A stretch of 64,000 bases of DNA, taken from contig CP120464.1 of NCBI GenBank assembly GCA_034226945.1, positions 124,001-188,000 on the forward strand. Direction: 5' to 3'. Origin of the DNA: Picochlorum sp. SENEW3. Its lineage: Eukaryota. The notes under the pieces were generated by a model. It had not been told where the DNA came from. It was given only the letters and a program-made list of their open reading frames with translations, and made no database searches. Of the stretch, positions 44,380 to 55,804 are shown piece by piece (position 1 is the first letter of the stretch; each line of letters starts with the position of its first letter). A program made the position numbers and the translations under genes.

Positions 44380-46905
44380 ATGGTCACCTGTGGATCATTC
44401 TCTTGTCCCACGCCTTCTCGGTGTGGGGGTATCATTGGTCTACAGAGTGCTTTTCATGGAACAGATATTGTACATAAAACGAATAGGAGGAATCTTCACA
44501 GTGTCTGTGGTGGTGGACGGATGTTTGGCACATTTTCTGGAACAAGGAGACTGAAAAGACAATCTCTGCCAGCGAGGATTGCGGTTCGTAAGGTGTATAA
44601 TGTGGTTCGTAATGACAAAGGGAAGAGATTAGAGTATGAAGATGTCACTGTGTTGCGTGCTCTTGGGGAGGGATCGTTTGGAAAGGTGTTTCAAGGGGAA
44701 ATAGATGGGGCGCCAGTGGTGTTAAAAAAGGTCAAGGCGAGGGTGCGAGGGGCGCAACAGGTTGCTGAGATGGAGCATGTGTTGAATGTGTATGCGTCGA
44801 AATCATGTCGAAAGGAGACGGTGGCGCCATTCTTGGGGTATTTTGAGGTGGCTGAAGAAGATGCGGCAGGGCAGTTGACCGCAGGGTTGTGGCTGGTGTG
44901 GTCATACGAAGGAAGCAAGACGCTTGCGTATTATTTGCGGAGGCGAGATTGTATGAAAAAGTTGATGGAGGATATGCAATTGTCGAGCGAGGGTGAGGTG
45001 GTGCGAGCAGTGATGAGGCAATTATTTGAATGCTTGGATGATCTCCATGGGGCAGGTTTGGTGCATCGTGATGTGAAGCCAGCGAATTTGGTCTTTAGTG
45101 ATGCTCAGAAACGATTTAAAATTATTGACTTGGGAGCTGCTGCTGATTTGAGGACTGGAACGAATTACTCACCGCAGGAGACAATGCTGGATCCGTGTTA
45201 CTGTGCTCCAGAGGAGTATGTTTTGCCCACCGACTCGCCTGATATTTCTCAGCAGGGAGCCATGGCGTTTGTCATGTCTCCTATTGTATGGTCTCAGCAT
45301 CGCCCGGAATGTTTTGATACATACAGTGCAGGCGTGGTGTTGTTGCAGTTGGCGCTTCCATTCTTGCGATCTCCTTCTGCACTCAAGAATTGGAAAAACA
45401 CAATGATTCGTTTGAATCATAATGTGCAGGAGTGGAGGTCAAAGGCGAGACTGTCGGCTCGACAGACTGCATTGTTGGATGAAGATGATGAGTTGGGGTG
45501 GGATTTGTTGGAAGGTCTGTTGAGGACTCGTGAGATTCAAGGGGATGGTAGGGGTGGGGTGACATTTGTGACTCGTGGAAAGGCACCTCGATTGACTCCT
45601 CAGGAGGCACTTAAGCATCCATATTTGAAGACGTCGACTCCGGGTATGTTTTCTGGATTGTTTAGTAGAAGTGCTTCTATGGATGGTGGCGAAAGAATGG
45701 ATGAGGCAGAGGAGGAGGAGAAGAAAAAGGCAGCTGCTGCTGCCTCAAGGAGAACAAAAGGGTGGAAATGGGTTCAGGACCGTATTTTTGATTTGGAATC
45801 TCGTATCACAGCACAAGCATCGGAGACAAAAACTCAGACCGTGATTGTGCAAGAGTTGGAGGAAAAGGTGAAGGAAGGAAAAGCAACCGAACGGGATTTG
45901 TTATTGGAGAGGAGCAAGCTGGATGCCATGAGGGCTGTGTTGCAGTCATCCATGTCTGAAATGGGGTCGCTGTTTGTGTCTGCCAAGGGACTCGTCTCTA
46001 CCAGTGAACAAAAGGAAGAAAAAGAAGAGGTGGAAGAGTCTGTTCCATCTACTGCAACACAGAGCAAGACGGATGACAGTGATGATCATAGTACTGTGGG
46101 CAGATTCTTTGCAGATGCAGCCTCGTCCGCAATTGTCTCGAGCCTGAAATTTACAGGTCGAGCTCTAATTACCGTAGCAGATTTGGCCTCCTCCGCAGAA
46201 GAAAGTTTGGGGGAAGCACAAGCTCGTCGCGATGCTATTCGAAAGGAAAAAGCAATCCTGTCAGAGCTTTTGTCACGCCTTGATGTGGTCCCTGGGAAGA
46301 CAGCATGGGAGGACGTCAGAGGGGATGTCCTTGCAATCCTTGACGACTCTATGTTGAATGAATCACAGATGAAGAGAGCATTCAAGTCGTATGTGAATGA
46401 TATACTGAGAGAAGAAAGAGCAAAGTTAAGGCAGCTCAAGCTAGACTTCTCCACTCTCCTGAGGGACGCAGAACTCTCCTCGACAGTAGGCTATGATGCA
46501 TTTAGCAAAGACTTTGGGAACGATCCACGATACATTTCGTTGGATGACGAAAACCGACGCTCCCTCTTTGCCTCCCACATTGAGAGCATCAAGAAGAAGG
46601 AAACCATGATGCAGCAACGAGAAGACAACAATACAAGTGCCAAAGCTGAACAACAAGAACAGATTGGCAGAGCAGACACCTCAGAAGAGGCATTAGCACG
46701 AATCAGAGCTGAACAAGAACGAATGAAATCAGAATATGAAGAGATGGAACAGAAATTAAAGAGTATGGAAAAGATTTTAAACCGGACAAACTTGCTGTCA
46801 AACATATCAGGGCCGGATGATTTCATCACAAGAGACAAAGACACCATCACATTCCGATTTTCTGATGGCGCACCAACTGCAAGGTCCTCAAAAAAGAAGA
46901 AATAA
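44380..46905 (+). CDS. STN7/STN8(Stt7/Stl1)-family Ser/Thr kinase with C-terminal coiled coil and two FF-like domains
   Basis: Transit-like N-terminus, LGEGSFG, HRDVKPAN, IIDLGAAADLRTG.NY...LDPCYCAPEEYVLP (STN signature), and FF-like FSTLLRDA...NDPRYISLDDENRRSLFASHI. Confidence 0.85.
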   Translation: MVTCGSFSCPTPSRCGGIIGLQSAFHGTDIVHKTNRRNLHSVCGGGRMFGTFSGTRRLKRQSLPARIAVRKVYNVVRNDKGKRLEYEDVTVLRALGEGSFGKVFQGEIDGAPVVLKKVKARVRGAQQVAEMEHVLNVYASKSCRKETVAPFLGYFEVAEEDAAGQLTAGLWLVWSYEGSKTLAYYLRRRDCMKKLMEDMQLSSEGEVVRAVMRQLFECLDDLHGAGLVHRDVKPANLVFSDAQKRFKIIDLGAAADLRTGTNYSPQETMLDPCYCAPEEYVLPTDSPDISQQGAMAFVMSPIVWSQHRPECFDTYSAGVVLLQLALPFLRSPSALKNWKNTMIRLNHNVQEWRSKARLSARQTALLDEDDELGWDLLEGLLRTREIQGDGRGGVTFVTRGKAPRLTPQEALKHPYLKTSTPGMFSGLFSRSASMDGGERMDEAEEEEKKKAAAAASRRTKGWKWVQDRIFDLESRITAQASETKTQTVIVQELEEKVKEGKATERDLLLERSKLDAMRAVLQSSMSEMGSLFVSAKGLVSTSEQKEEKEEVEESVPSTATQSKTDDSDDHSTVGRFFADAASSAIVSSLKFTGRALITVADLASSAEESLGEAQARRDAIRKEKAILSELLSRLDVVPGKTAWEDVRGDVLAILDDSMLNESQMKRAFKSYVNDILREERAKLRQLKLDFSTLLRDAELSSTVGYDAFSKDFGNDPRYISLDDENRRSLFASHIESIKKKETMMQQREDNNTSAKAEQQEQIGRADTSEEALARIRAEQERMKSEYEEMEQKLKSMEKILNRTNLLSNISGPDDFITRDKDTITFRFSDGAPTARSSKKKK

Positions 46906-46924
46906 ATAATAGGACCGTCATGTA

Positions 46925-46940
46925 TTACAACTATGTGTAA
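46925..46940. terminator. Paired poly(A) signals for the convergent kinase and DUF3228 genes
   Basis: TTACA (46925) and TGTAA (46936) lie within the 41-bp gap between the two stop codons. Confidence 0.6.
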
Positions 46941-46946
46941 GAATCA

Positions 46947-47748
46947 TTACTGGATCATCGCATGGGTGTCCCAATATGCTGTTGCTGCTTCATATGCATC
47001 TCTGTCCAAAGGTACACCACTTCCTCCCTCTTCCTTTCCTAATGCATTCCTCATCATAGTGATCGGGTTCATCGGCGTCTCATAATCCTCCTTTTGAGCT
47101 TTGATCGAAATTATTCCCCATGCACAGTCCGGCAGATCAATCTCCGACTCTGCCTTGCCATACAGTGCCGCATGCTCCTTGACCAACTGCTCCCTGCTGT
47201 ACAATATGATGTCCAAATACTCTGCCTTGGGCGCTTCCACCTCACTCTCTGGAAACCATCGCGTCAACACAGCAAATTCTTCTGGTCGACGCCTCGTATA
47301 CCCAGACCTCAACAAATGTTTGTTCTCATCCGTAATGGGAAGGGCTCCAACAGTGCAGTCATATTCATTGGGCACAAAGATATGCTTGCAGAATGGAGCA
47401 TATCCGTCCACCAACCCGGACTCCTTGTACACCTCATGAACTCTATTCACAAAGTGCTGCCTATCACATGTCATACGAGTCCCTGCAGAAATCAAAGCCG
47501 CGAAAAGGAAATGAATAAAACCCAGCTTGGTGTGTTTGACTCAGACAAACCATCGTACCAGAGAATGCTGGATCATCCCATTGCCGATCCGCGAATTCAT
47601 CCAAGAAAAATACATCCCCATGAATCATCTTGTGTGCTGAGAGGACCCGAGACGCTCGTGCAGTGCTCTGCACTTTGATTTTAGAAGAAGAAATCGAAGA
47701 ATACCAATGTCTCAGGATTCTACTTCTCCATGAAACAGATACAAACAT
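46947..47748 (-). CDS. DUF3228-family protein (intron 47483-47558; start 47748 or 47628)
   Basis: LVDGYAPFCKHIFVPN, VLTRWF, YLDIILYSREQ, PITMMRNALGKEEGGSGVP. Confidence 0.85.
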
Positions 47749-47769
47749 TTTATATTACATTTATATGTT

Positions 47770-49787
47770 CTATTTCTGGAAAGGATTGCCCATTTCTCTG
47801 ACCAGATTGGGAATGTCTGTCGTCAACACCTCTTCGATCTGTCTCATGACATTCTTGTCCAACTTTGGGAATTTGCTGATATCAAATGCGGACAAAATCT
47901 CTCTGTATCTCTCGACATCTGGGAAGTCTCCTGGATGTAAATGATATTCTCTCTGTACGTGAATAAATTCCTCCTGCAGACGAGCCAGCAGTTTAGCCTG
48001 GGCCTTCTTCTGCCCAAAGTAGGGAATTTGTTTTCTCAGGTGGCCCATAACCAGGAAATGAATCTTGGCTGCTCGAACTCGTTTCACAAATTCATTAATC
48101 TTGCGATCACACGATCGTGCTGGTATATCATACAAGTCGTGGAGGAGATCTTCCTGCTCTTTTTCAAACAGTGGTTTGCAGGTTGGGTTCACATCTTCTC
48201 TAATTGGTGCATTTGCATTGAATGATCCAATGTACACTCTGCACACCTCTGGGGATTGGAACACTTTTCCTAAAGACCACATAAGTGCTCCATATACTCG
48301 CATTAATTGTTGCTGATCGACCTGATCAGCTTTATTCAACACAATGCGGACCTTGTCATCGTGGCCCTTGAGGGTGGATATCACATGTTTGAATTCATCT
48401 GAAATATCCAATTTATGAGGGTCAAACAGCAGCAGTATTAAATCACACCGCGCTGCAAACCATCCACAAACTTGTTGGAAATCGTACGAGCGTTCAATCC
48501 TCTGCTTCTCCCCAGATAACACCCCAGGTGTGTCCACAAGGGTGATCTCCTCCAACAATCGATTCTCACACGTTGCTGACTCGAATTTTGACAAGAAGCC
48601 ATTCCCAAATTGCGCCAGTCCAGTAAAAGGCTTGTCTGTTTGAACGACAAGGGTATTACCTGGAGTACGTCGGTCGTCTGGCCCATGCATAACCACCACA
48701 AATCTATCTGTTGTTGGCTCTGGACCAATATGCAACCCTGGGTAGTCCCGTCCTAATAAATACTTGATAAACGTCGTCTTCCCTGTGGAGTATTGCCCCA
48801 ATAACAACACAGATGGTTTCGCTTCAAAATCACCTTCATTCAACATGGGACTAAAAAAGTGCCCAAACTTGTACATCTCCTCCACAGGCCTAATCTTTTC
48901 AAAGTACATTTTCCTCAGCCCATCTGTAATACTCGTCACATCCTTGGCCGTCATCGGCCCTCTCTTCCTCTCTTCTCTCGGACTTGGAAGCTTCTTCGAC
49001 GAAACAGGCAACGTTGTACCCACATGTCGTTCGTGAAAGGTTGAAAACGGCCCAGCATGCGACTTGGACACATCAGGCGTAGTCTCCTTCAGAGGCATGG
49101 CAGGACCACCAAAGTAGGGCGTCTGCCTTGTCGTACTAGACGGCGTCGGAGCTTTCATGACAGAAGGACTGCTGCCCATTGTACCATAATACGGTGTAAA
49201 CGGCTCAGCAGGAGTAGACGCTCCTGGAGGAGGACCAACCTGCGTCGGAAGACCCTCCAACATCGGAGGATCGATACCACCACCTTGACGCTTCTTCTCA
49301 TCATATTGGGACAATGTTATATTTCCCTGCGACTGAAACATCGACACCAACTCCAACGCCCTCACAAACGCATCCAAATCCAAGTAGCCTCGCCTAGAAT
49401 TATCAGCAAATGCCCACACCTTGGCCAACTGCTCCCTAGGAAGCCCACTCCGTTCGAAAAACCCTACCGCATCCGCGCCAGTCACCCTCCCATCCCCATC
49501 TGCAGATAAAGAATGTCAATTTGTTACCATAATACCCACGTCGGAGTAGAATGCGCCCGAGAAAACAAGGTCGTTACCAATCAACAAGAGTCCAGTCCAT
49601 GTGAACACGCGTATGGCGCCCCTCACCTACCTGAATCTGCTAAACGGAACCAATTTTGATACAACTCAGCATGAAAATCATCTTTGGATGCCGTAGAAGC
49701 TCGGCCATCCTGAGCCATTCCAGTCGTCGTTTCCTCTCCTGTTGCGCCGCCCGTTCCTCCTGCCGTGGCAACAGGCGTCTCATTCAT
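47770..49787 (-). CDS. EHD1: EH-domain-containing dynamin-like ATPase, plant-type with N-terminal EH domain (intron 49500-49630)
   Basis: YQNWFRLADS|DGDGRVTG EH domain, GQYSTGKT, GPEPTTDRF, DTPGVLSGEKQR, NKAD. Confidence 0.95.
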
Positions 49788-49994
49788 TTGAATAATTGAA
49801 TTACATACATGTCTGGGCTCGCGGTGTACCAATCATGATGAGACACTGAGTCCCAATAGTGCACACACGTGTGTTTAATGTCTTATTCAAGGAGTCCAGA
49901 AGACATTAGATACGTGTCTATTATTCATTCATTGAGCATTATTTTTTTTATCATAGCAGTAGTAGTATCAATTAGTAGCAGCAGCAGCAGCAGT

Positions 49995-50258
49995 ATGTCT
50001 GCTGGGGGTGCTTTTGGGGGTGCTCGTGGGTATCAACCAAAGCCTCCTGAAAAGGGGGTGTTTCCACTGGATCATTTTGGAGAATGTACTCCAGAGAAGG
50101 AAGCATACATGCAATGCTTGAAGGAATCGAAGAATGATGCAGAGGAATGTAAGGAGAAGGCGCAGAAGTATTTAGAGTGTCGGATGTCGAAGAGTTTGAT
50201 GGCACAGCAAGACTTGGAAGAGCTTGGGTTTGGGAAAGGAACTGAGAAGAAGAAATAG
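49995..50258 (+). CDS. COX19: Cytochrome c oxidase assembly factor COX19 (twin CX9C)
   Basis: PPEKGVFPLDHFGEC-x9-C...C-x9-CRM...LM...LGF. Confidence 0.95.
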   Translation: MSAGGAFGGARGYQPKPPEKGVFPLDHFGECTPEKEAYMQCLKESKNDAEECKEKAQKYLECRMSKSLMAQQDLEELGFGKGTEKKK

Positions 50259-50279
50259 AGATGCTTGTACATTGTGTTG

Positions 50280-51515
50280 CTAATTAGTATGTATAGATGG
50301 AGGGATCCTTTGGGATCTCTTGGCCTGCTTTTTAATGTGTTTGAAATCTTTACGCATTCGTTCTCCTTCTACTCTCCAGGTTGCCTGCAACTGTTCCATA
50401 TTGGTATCATCACCCCTGTGAAATAATGCTCCGTTGGGGAATAATGATTGTAATTCAGCCATCTCGCTATCCGAATCTTCGTCATCGTGAGCATGATGTT
50501 CTTCCTCTTCTTCGTCGTCATCTGATGACGATGAGGAGGACGATGATGACGTTGATGACGATGTGCCATCCTTCTGTCGCCGCTTCTCACCTACGCCATT
50601 ATTGTCATCATCATCATCCGATGATGATGACGAATCATCGTCAGCTCCATCGACTTGAGGTATTCGGAACTCACCATTGTCATCATCGCTATCATCATCG
50701 AATCGACTAAGATCAATGTCACGAGGGTGCACACCATCATGGGTCAATGACACATCTTCCTGTGAGAAAAAGTCCACTGTATTTCCTGCAGTCTTCTTTC
50801 CAAATTCTACTGATCGCCTATTTTCTTGTTCTTTCAAGAATGCTTCCACCAAACCCAAATCTTTGGTCTTTGGACGCAGGTCTACATCACTCTTGTCATC
50901 ATCATCATCATCACGTGTCTCAGCAACCATTCGGGAGCACTTTTCCAGGTGCTGTTCATAGTTGTAGACATGCTGTTTGGGTGTCTCAATCTCGGCCCAA
51001 ACATTGTCAAGGCGATGTTTCTCATCATCGATTTCATTATCGGATCCAAAGTACGTCTTATTATCCTGAGAATGCATCCGCGACGTGACAAATGCTCCAT
51101 CAAAAGGTTTCTTTGTCACCACTTCTTCTAAGACATCATCATGTGCCACCCCCTCTTGATCATCATCATCATTATCAAAAGCATGGTGATTTCTCTCCTC
51201 CTCAATCTCAGTTCGAATTCTATCAAGCCCAGATGGCTTTGCTAGCTGACATCGTAACGTAGCACCCTTCCATTTCGTCCCATGCAAGGCCCTCACAGCT
51301 CTCTGGACAGCCTTGTCTTCCTTCACATCCAGCGTCAGAAATGCAATGCGCCTCTCATATCTCAATCGCATTAATTTGGTTCCTTTTAGATATCTCCTTT
51401 CTTTGTAGTCCATCCGATCGATATCCATGACCTTTCCAAACGATGAAAAGAGTTTGACAATGTCTGCATCCTGAATCGAATCCAGCAACCCTCCGATGAA
51501 AATCCTTGCATGCAT
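50280..51515 (-). CDS. N-terminal RRM protein with acidic tail, nucleolar protein 8-like
   Basis: RIFIGGL...FSSFGKV...LHGTKWKGATLRCQLAKP resembles NOL8/Nop8 RRMs; D/S-rich tail. Confidence 0.7.
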   Translation of the reverse strand: MHARIFIGGLLDSIQDADIVKLFSSFGKVMDIDRMDYKERRYLKGTKLMRLRYERRIAFLTLDVKEDKAVQRAVRALHGTKWKGATLRCQLAKPSGLDRIRTEIEEERNHHAFDNDDDDQEGVAHDDVLEEVVTKKPFDGAFVTSRMHSQDNKTYFGSDNEIDDEKHRLDNVWAEIETPKQHVYNYEQHLEKCSRMVAETRDDDDDDKSDVDLRPKTKDLGLVEAFLKEQENRRSVEFGKKTAGNTVDFFSQEDVSLTHDGVHPRDIDLSRFDDDSDDDNGEFRIPQVDGADDDSSSSSDDDDDNNGVGEKRRQKDGTSSSTSSSSSSSSSDDDEEEEEHHAHDDEDSDSEMAELQSLFPNGALFHRGDDTNMEQLQATWRVEGERMRKDFKHIKKQAKRSQRIPPSIHTN

Positions 51516-51721
51516 GCGTGCGTGTTCTTATTTATATCAAACAATCTATAGTATATGTGTCATTCTGATGTGAATTTGAAATAGATATGGACAGAACTGA
51601 CCTTGTTGTAAAGACTGATATCTCCTACATTCAATAGAATAAAAAAAATCCGAATTCGAATGCCTCCCGTCGGACGGGTCTAGAGGAGCAGATTGAAATT
51701 CACGTTTGTTTGAAACAGAAA

Positions 51722-52987
51722 ATGATGGAAGCAGAGAGACATTTGCGTCCATATTGTCAGTTAGAAGGGCACAGCGATCGCGTATGGTATGTTGCTTGGA
51801 GTCCTTCTGGAGACTGCCTTGCTAGTTGCAGCGGAGACAAGACTGTAAAGATATGGGGGCAACAGCAGACATCTGCAGACGATGCCTGTGATTCAGAAGG
51901 TGCTTGGAAGTGCTTGCATACCCTGGAGGGGTCCCATTCAGGCACTGTTCGGTCATGTTGTTGGTCTCCGAATGGCAAATATTTGGCAACAGCAAGTTTT
52001 GACAAGACTGTCGTCATATGGACAGAGTATGATGGTGAATGGGATGCCGTGGCTGTTTTAGAGGGTCATGATAGTGAAGTAAAAGGGGTTGCGTGGAACC
52101 CGAATGGGTTTCTGTTGGCAACATGTGGTCGAGACAAGACTGTTTGGTTTTGGGAGAGTCAGCCGCAGGATGAATATGACGTGGTTGATGTGAAGCATGG
52201 CCACTCTCAAGACGTTAAATCAGTTCGATGGCATCCCAGTGGAGAAATGTTGGCATCAGTGAGTTACGATGATTCCATTAAATTGTGGATGGAGTCGGAT
52301 GATGAGTGGATTTGTGTCAAAACGCTTCCTGGAGGTGCGTCATGGTGTATTTCGTTATCAATGTATTCCGTCCATGTGGTCACACATGAAAAACAAATAT
52401 GATATAATTACAGGGGCTATGGAGAATGGACATACGTCGACAGTGTGGGACGTGTGCTTTGATTCTGATGGGTGCTTTATGGCCACGTGCAGTGATGACT
52501 TGACTGTGAAGATTTGGAGTCTGCGCCTCTCACACGGTGAGTTTCTTTTACGAATCATGATTCGTACATTGATTTTCTTGGTATCATGTGCATGTAATAT
52601 GCCGCATTACATGAAAAAAGGCTTGCGCTCATAAACACTTGTAATCTATTTGGTGCAGAGAATGTCGAGTGCCATCTGGTCAAGACGCTGTCAGGGCTTC
52701 ATGAGAGAACAATATACTCTGTAGATTGGAGCACCATGAACGGATTTCTAGCAACAGCTGGTGCTGATAATAGGATAAATATCCTCTCAGCGATGGATTC
52801 AAAGGGAACAGATGAGTCCCAGAGGAAGGATGTGGAGACTGCTGTGCAGGTTCAACAACTGCAGGCACACAAGCAGGATATCAATTGTGTCCGGTGGAGA
52901 CCACAGGATCCGACAAGAGAGGAATTAGGTGCGGTGCTTGCTTCTGCGAGTGATGATGGGACCATAATCCTTTGGAAGTACTCATAA
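51722..52987 (+). CDS. CIA1: Cytosolic Fe-S assembly WD40 protein CIA1/CIAO1 (introns 52335-52413, 52537-52658)
   Basis: GHSDRVW, LATASFD, LEGHDSEVKGVAW, GHSQDVKSVRWHP, GHTSTVW, HERTIYSVDW, AHKQDINCVRW, LASASDDG. Confidence 0.95.
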
Positions 52988-53136
52988 ATGTGCATGAACT
53001 CATGCAAGGCTTTGATTGATTCTTTCGATGCGCGTTCATAGGACGACTGCGAATTTCAATGCATTCTATTCTATTAATTTTTATTTAATAATAGGACTCT
53101 GTTTTAGAATAAAAAAGTAGTATCGCTGTTGAAACA

Positions 53137-55754
53137 ATGGCACAAGGGAGACGGCAACAGGTCCGGAAAAGGAGTCTTGATCCCGATTCGGACGCTATAG
53201 ATGGTGAACGCTGGCTTATTTCAATTGGATACACTGATAAAAGTACTAAAAATGTCATGGTATGCGTCATACATGAGCCTGTGCAGGATTCTGTCTGCTC
53301 AAAAAAAGATGCTGTCTGTGCAGGTTGGTCTTGCTGCTATCGAATTAGAATGTGGATACAAAGTATACGTAGGTGACTGTGCTCTACATGGGTTGGAATT
53401 ATGGCTTCAGGAATGGTGCCAGAAAAGGATCTCAGGAGTGGTGGTTGCTTCTGAGAGAATCTCCAAACTGGTGACGCATGCTCTTCCTGAAGATGTTGAG
53501 GTGTTCCATATATCGCCTGGTCAGTTTGATTGCGCTCGTGGGCGTGATAGATTGGAAAAATCAAGCATGTCTCAGGAGGAGCTCCCCGATGCCTTGGCGG
53601 TGTTCAATTACCATGGGTCTGTGAATGCATTGTTTGACTTTATGGAACTTTCATATGGCTTGTCTCCTCATAATAAAAGTATTCAAGTGCATCAAATACA
53701 TGTGGAAGGGCTGATGGATCCTATTTTGGTGCATTGTCAGGAGAGTTTGAATGTATTCAACGCCATACCAGGTGGCACTGAGGAAGAGAAGGGTGCACAG
53801 AGTTTGTTTCATATGATGAATAGGACTCATACAAAAGGCGGAGCTCGCTTGCTGAGGTCCAATCTTTGTCAGCCTCCTATGGATGTCTCAATCATGCGTG
53901 GGCGACAGGAAGCAGTGAGTGAAATGGTGGAGGAGGAGCAAGGTTTTGTGCAGGTTCTGACTGCATTACAGAATGTCCCAGATGATGCAGAGCGGTATGT
54001 TCCTTTTCTCATTTCTGTACATTCGTCTTTGTTTATGTTCCTACATGTGATGAATAATCACGACACATGCATGTAGGGTGTTTAAGAATATCTGCCTGCA
54101 TATGGATCACAGGAAACAGTTGGGTATTAGAGGCAGCGGAGCACGGCCAGGGCCAGATAACAAGGTGACTCGGCTAACCCTGGGTTTCCTCGGGCTGAAA
54201 ATGTTTTCTGAATCACTTCAAGTGTTACGAAATGCTCTGGATCCTTTTCGTTCAGACGTGTTCCGCAAGTTCAAGGATACAATGGATCAGGCAGGAGGTG
54301 GCGAGCTACTAGAGTTTTTTGGATCACTCTTCTCAGAGAATCTCACGACACAGAAGGCCGCCTTCATGAGCAGATCGCAGCAGATTTTCGCGCTCAATAG
54401 TGGTCATCCATTGCTTGATGTATATCGGAAAACATTTTGCGATGCGACTGAAGGTGTGCATGAGTTGGCAAATGTATGCAAGGTACAAAATCCTAGGGAC
54501 TTTGCGAATCTGTCTGTGCGGTATGCTGAACAGCGAGGATTTTTCTTTCATATACCTATTCCCCATGGACAACCACATGCATTTCTAGAAAACTATCAAG
54601 GGGACACGCACAATGCATTGCCACAAGGGTTTGTGGTTCTGGTGAACCAAGGCAAGGCTGTCCAATGCACTTGTGATGAAGCTAATGCACTCAACATGCG
54701 GATTGCTACGGCAGCAAAGGATTGTATTGCGATAACAGAGGAAATACTAGATGATAAATGTGGATATATCGTGGAAAATTTCCTCAGTCAGCTCGTCAGC
54801 ATGTATGAGGCCATCAGTGAAATTGACATGCTTGCTGGCTTTGCATTGCTTGCAACACAAAAGCAGGGATACAGTAGGCCCGTGGTAACAACCTATGGGC
54901 CTTTTGTCATTCAAGATGGAAGGCATCCAATGATGGAGGAAAGGATTGAAGAATATCAAAGTAATGACACATGGATCTGTGAGGATAGCACTGTGCAAGT
55001 CATCACAGGGCCAAACTTGGCGGGAAAGTCAACATTTCTCAAACAAAATGGGTTGTTGGTCCTCATGGCGCAGTGTGGAAGTTTTGTTCCTGCTTCTTTC
55101 ATGTGTCTAACGCCCTTCAAAAACATAATCGTGTTGAAAGATTCCGTGCATCTTGGAACCACAGGCATATCCTCATCGACCCAGCAATCCATGAAGCAGA
55201 TTGCCCATGCAATCCAGCATGCGTCGAAACAGAGCTTGATCTTGGCAGATGAAATCTGCAATACATCCTCTTCCTTGTATGATACAGCTCTGTGCTGGGC
55301 CATAGCAGAGGAATTTTTGATACTTCAATGCAAGACTCTGATTGCAACCCATGCAACTCAACTGTGCAGTCTTTCTCAGCTCTATCCCCAATGCCGCTGT
55401 TTCACATTATCTGCGAGAAAAACATCTCAGGACAATGATTATGGCATTGAATATACAAGAAAATTGCGGCGTGGAAGGCCACATGAATCCGAACGGTACG
55501 GAATTGCCCTTGCTCAAAATCTTGGCTTTCCTCCTGATGTGATTGAGACTGCCAGAAACATGGCTAGCATCCTTGAGCACCAAATATCTAGAAAAGTTCT
55601 CGTGGAACCCCTCCCTGGTTTGCATCAAGAAACTGTAGCTTTTGGCATGTCATCCCAAGTCGCATGTATCAAAGAGATGTTCTCCAGCGGAGATTTCACC
55701 CCTGAGGATGTCTTTGAAAGTCTCTCAAAGATCCACACATCATCATCATCATGA
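53137..55754 (+). CDS. MSH4: MutS-family protein, most like meiotic MSH4, divergent (introns 53260-53323, 53995-54076)
   Basis: VGLAAIEL, SLFHMMNRTHTKGGARLLRSNLCQP, LLDVYRKTF, GRHP, TGPNLAGKST, MAQCGSFVPA, ATH, YGIALA. Lacks the N-terminal mismatch-binding domain. Confidence 0.75.
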
Positions 55755-55804
55755 TTATAAAAGCATCATTCTGAATACATTACATGCTCTAATCAAAATG
55801 TACA

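Noticed and set aside
50490..51180. (CAT)n/(GAT)n runs, plus (CAG)n near 49975-49993
   Set aside because: Simple microsatellites encoding Asp/Ser tracts or lying in a UTR; no CRISPR-like repeat-spacer structure.
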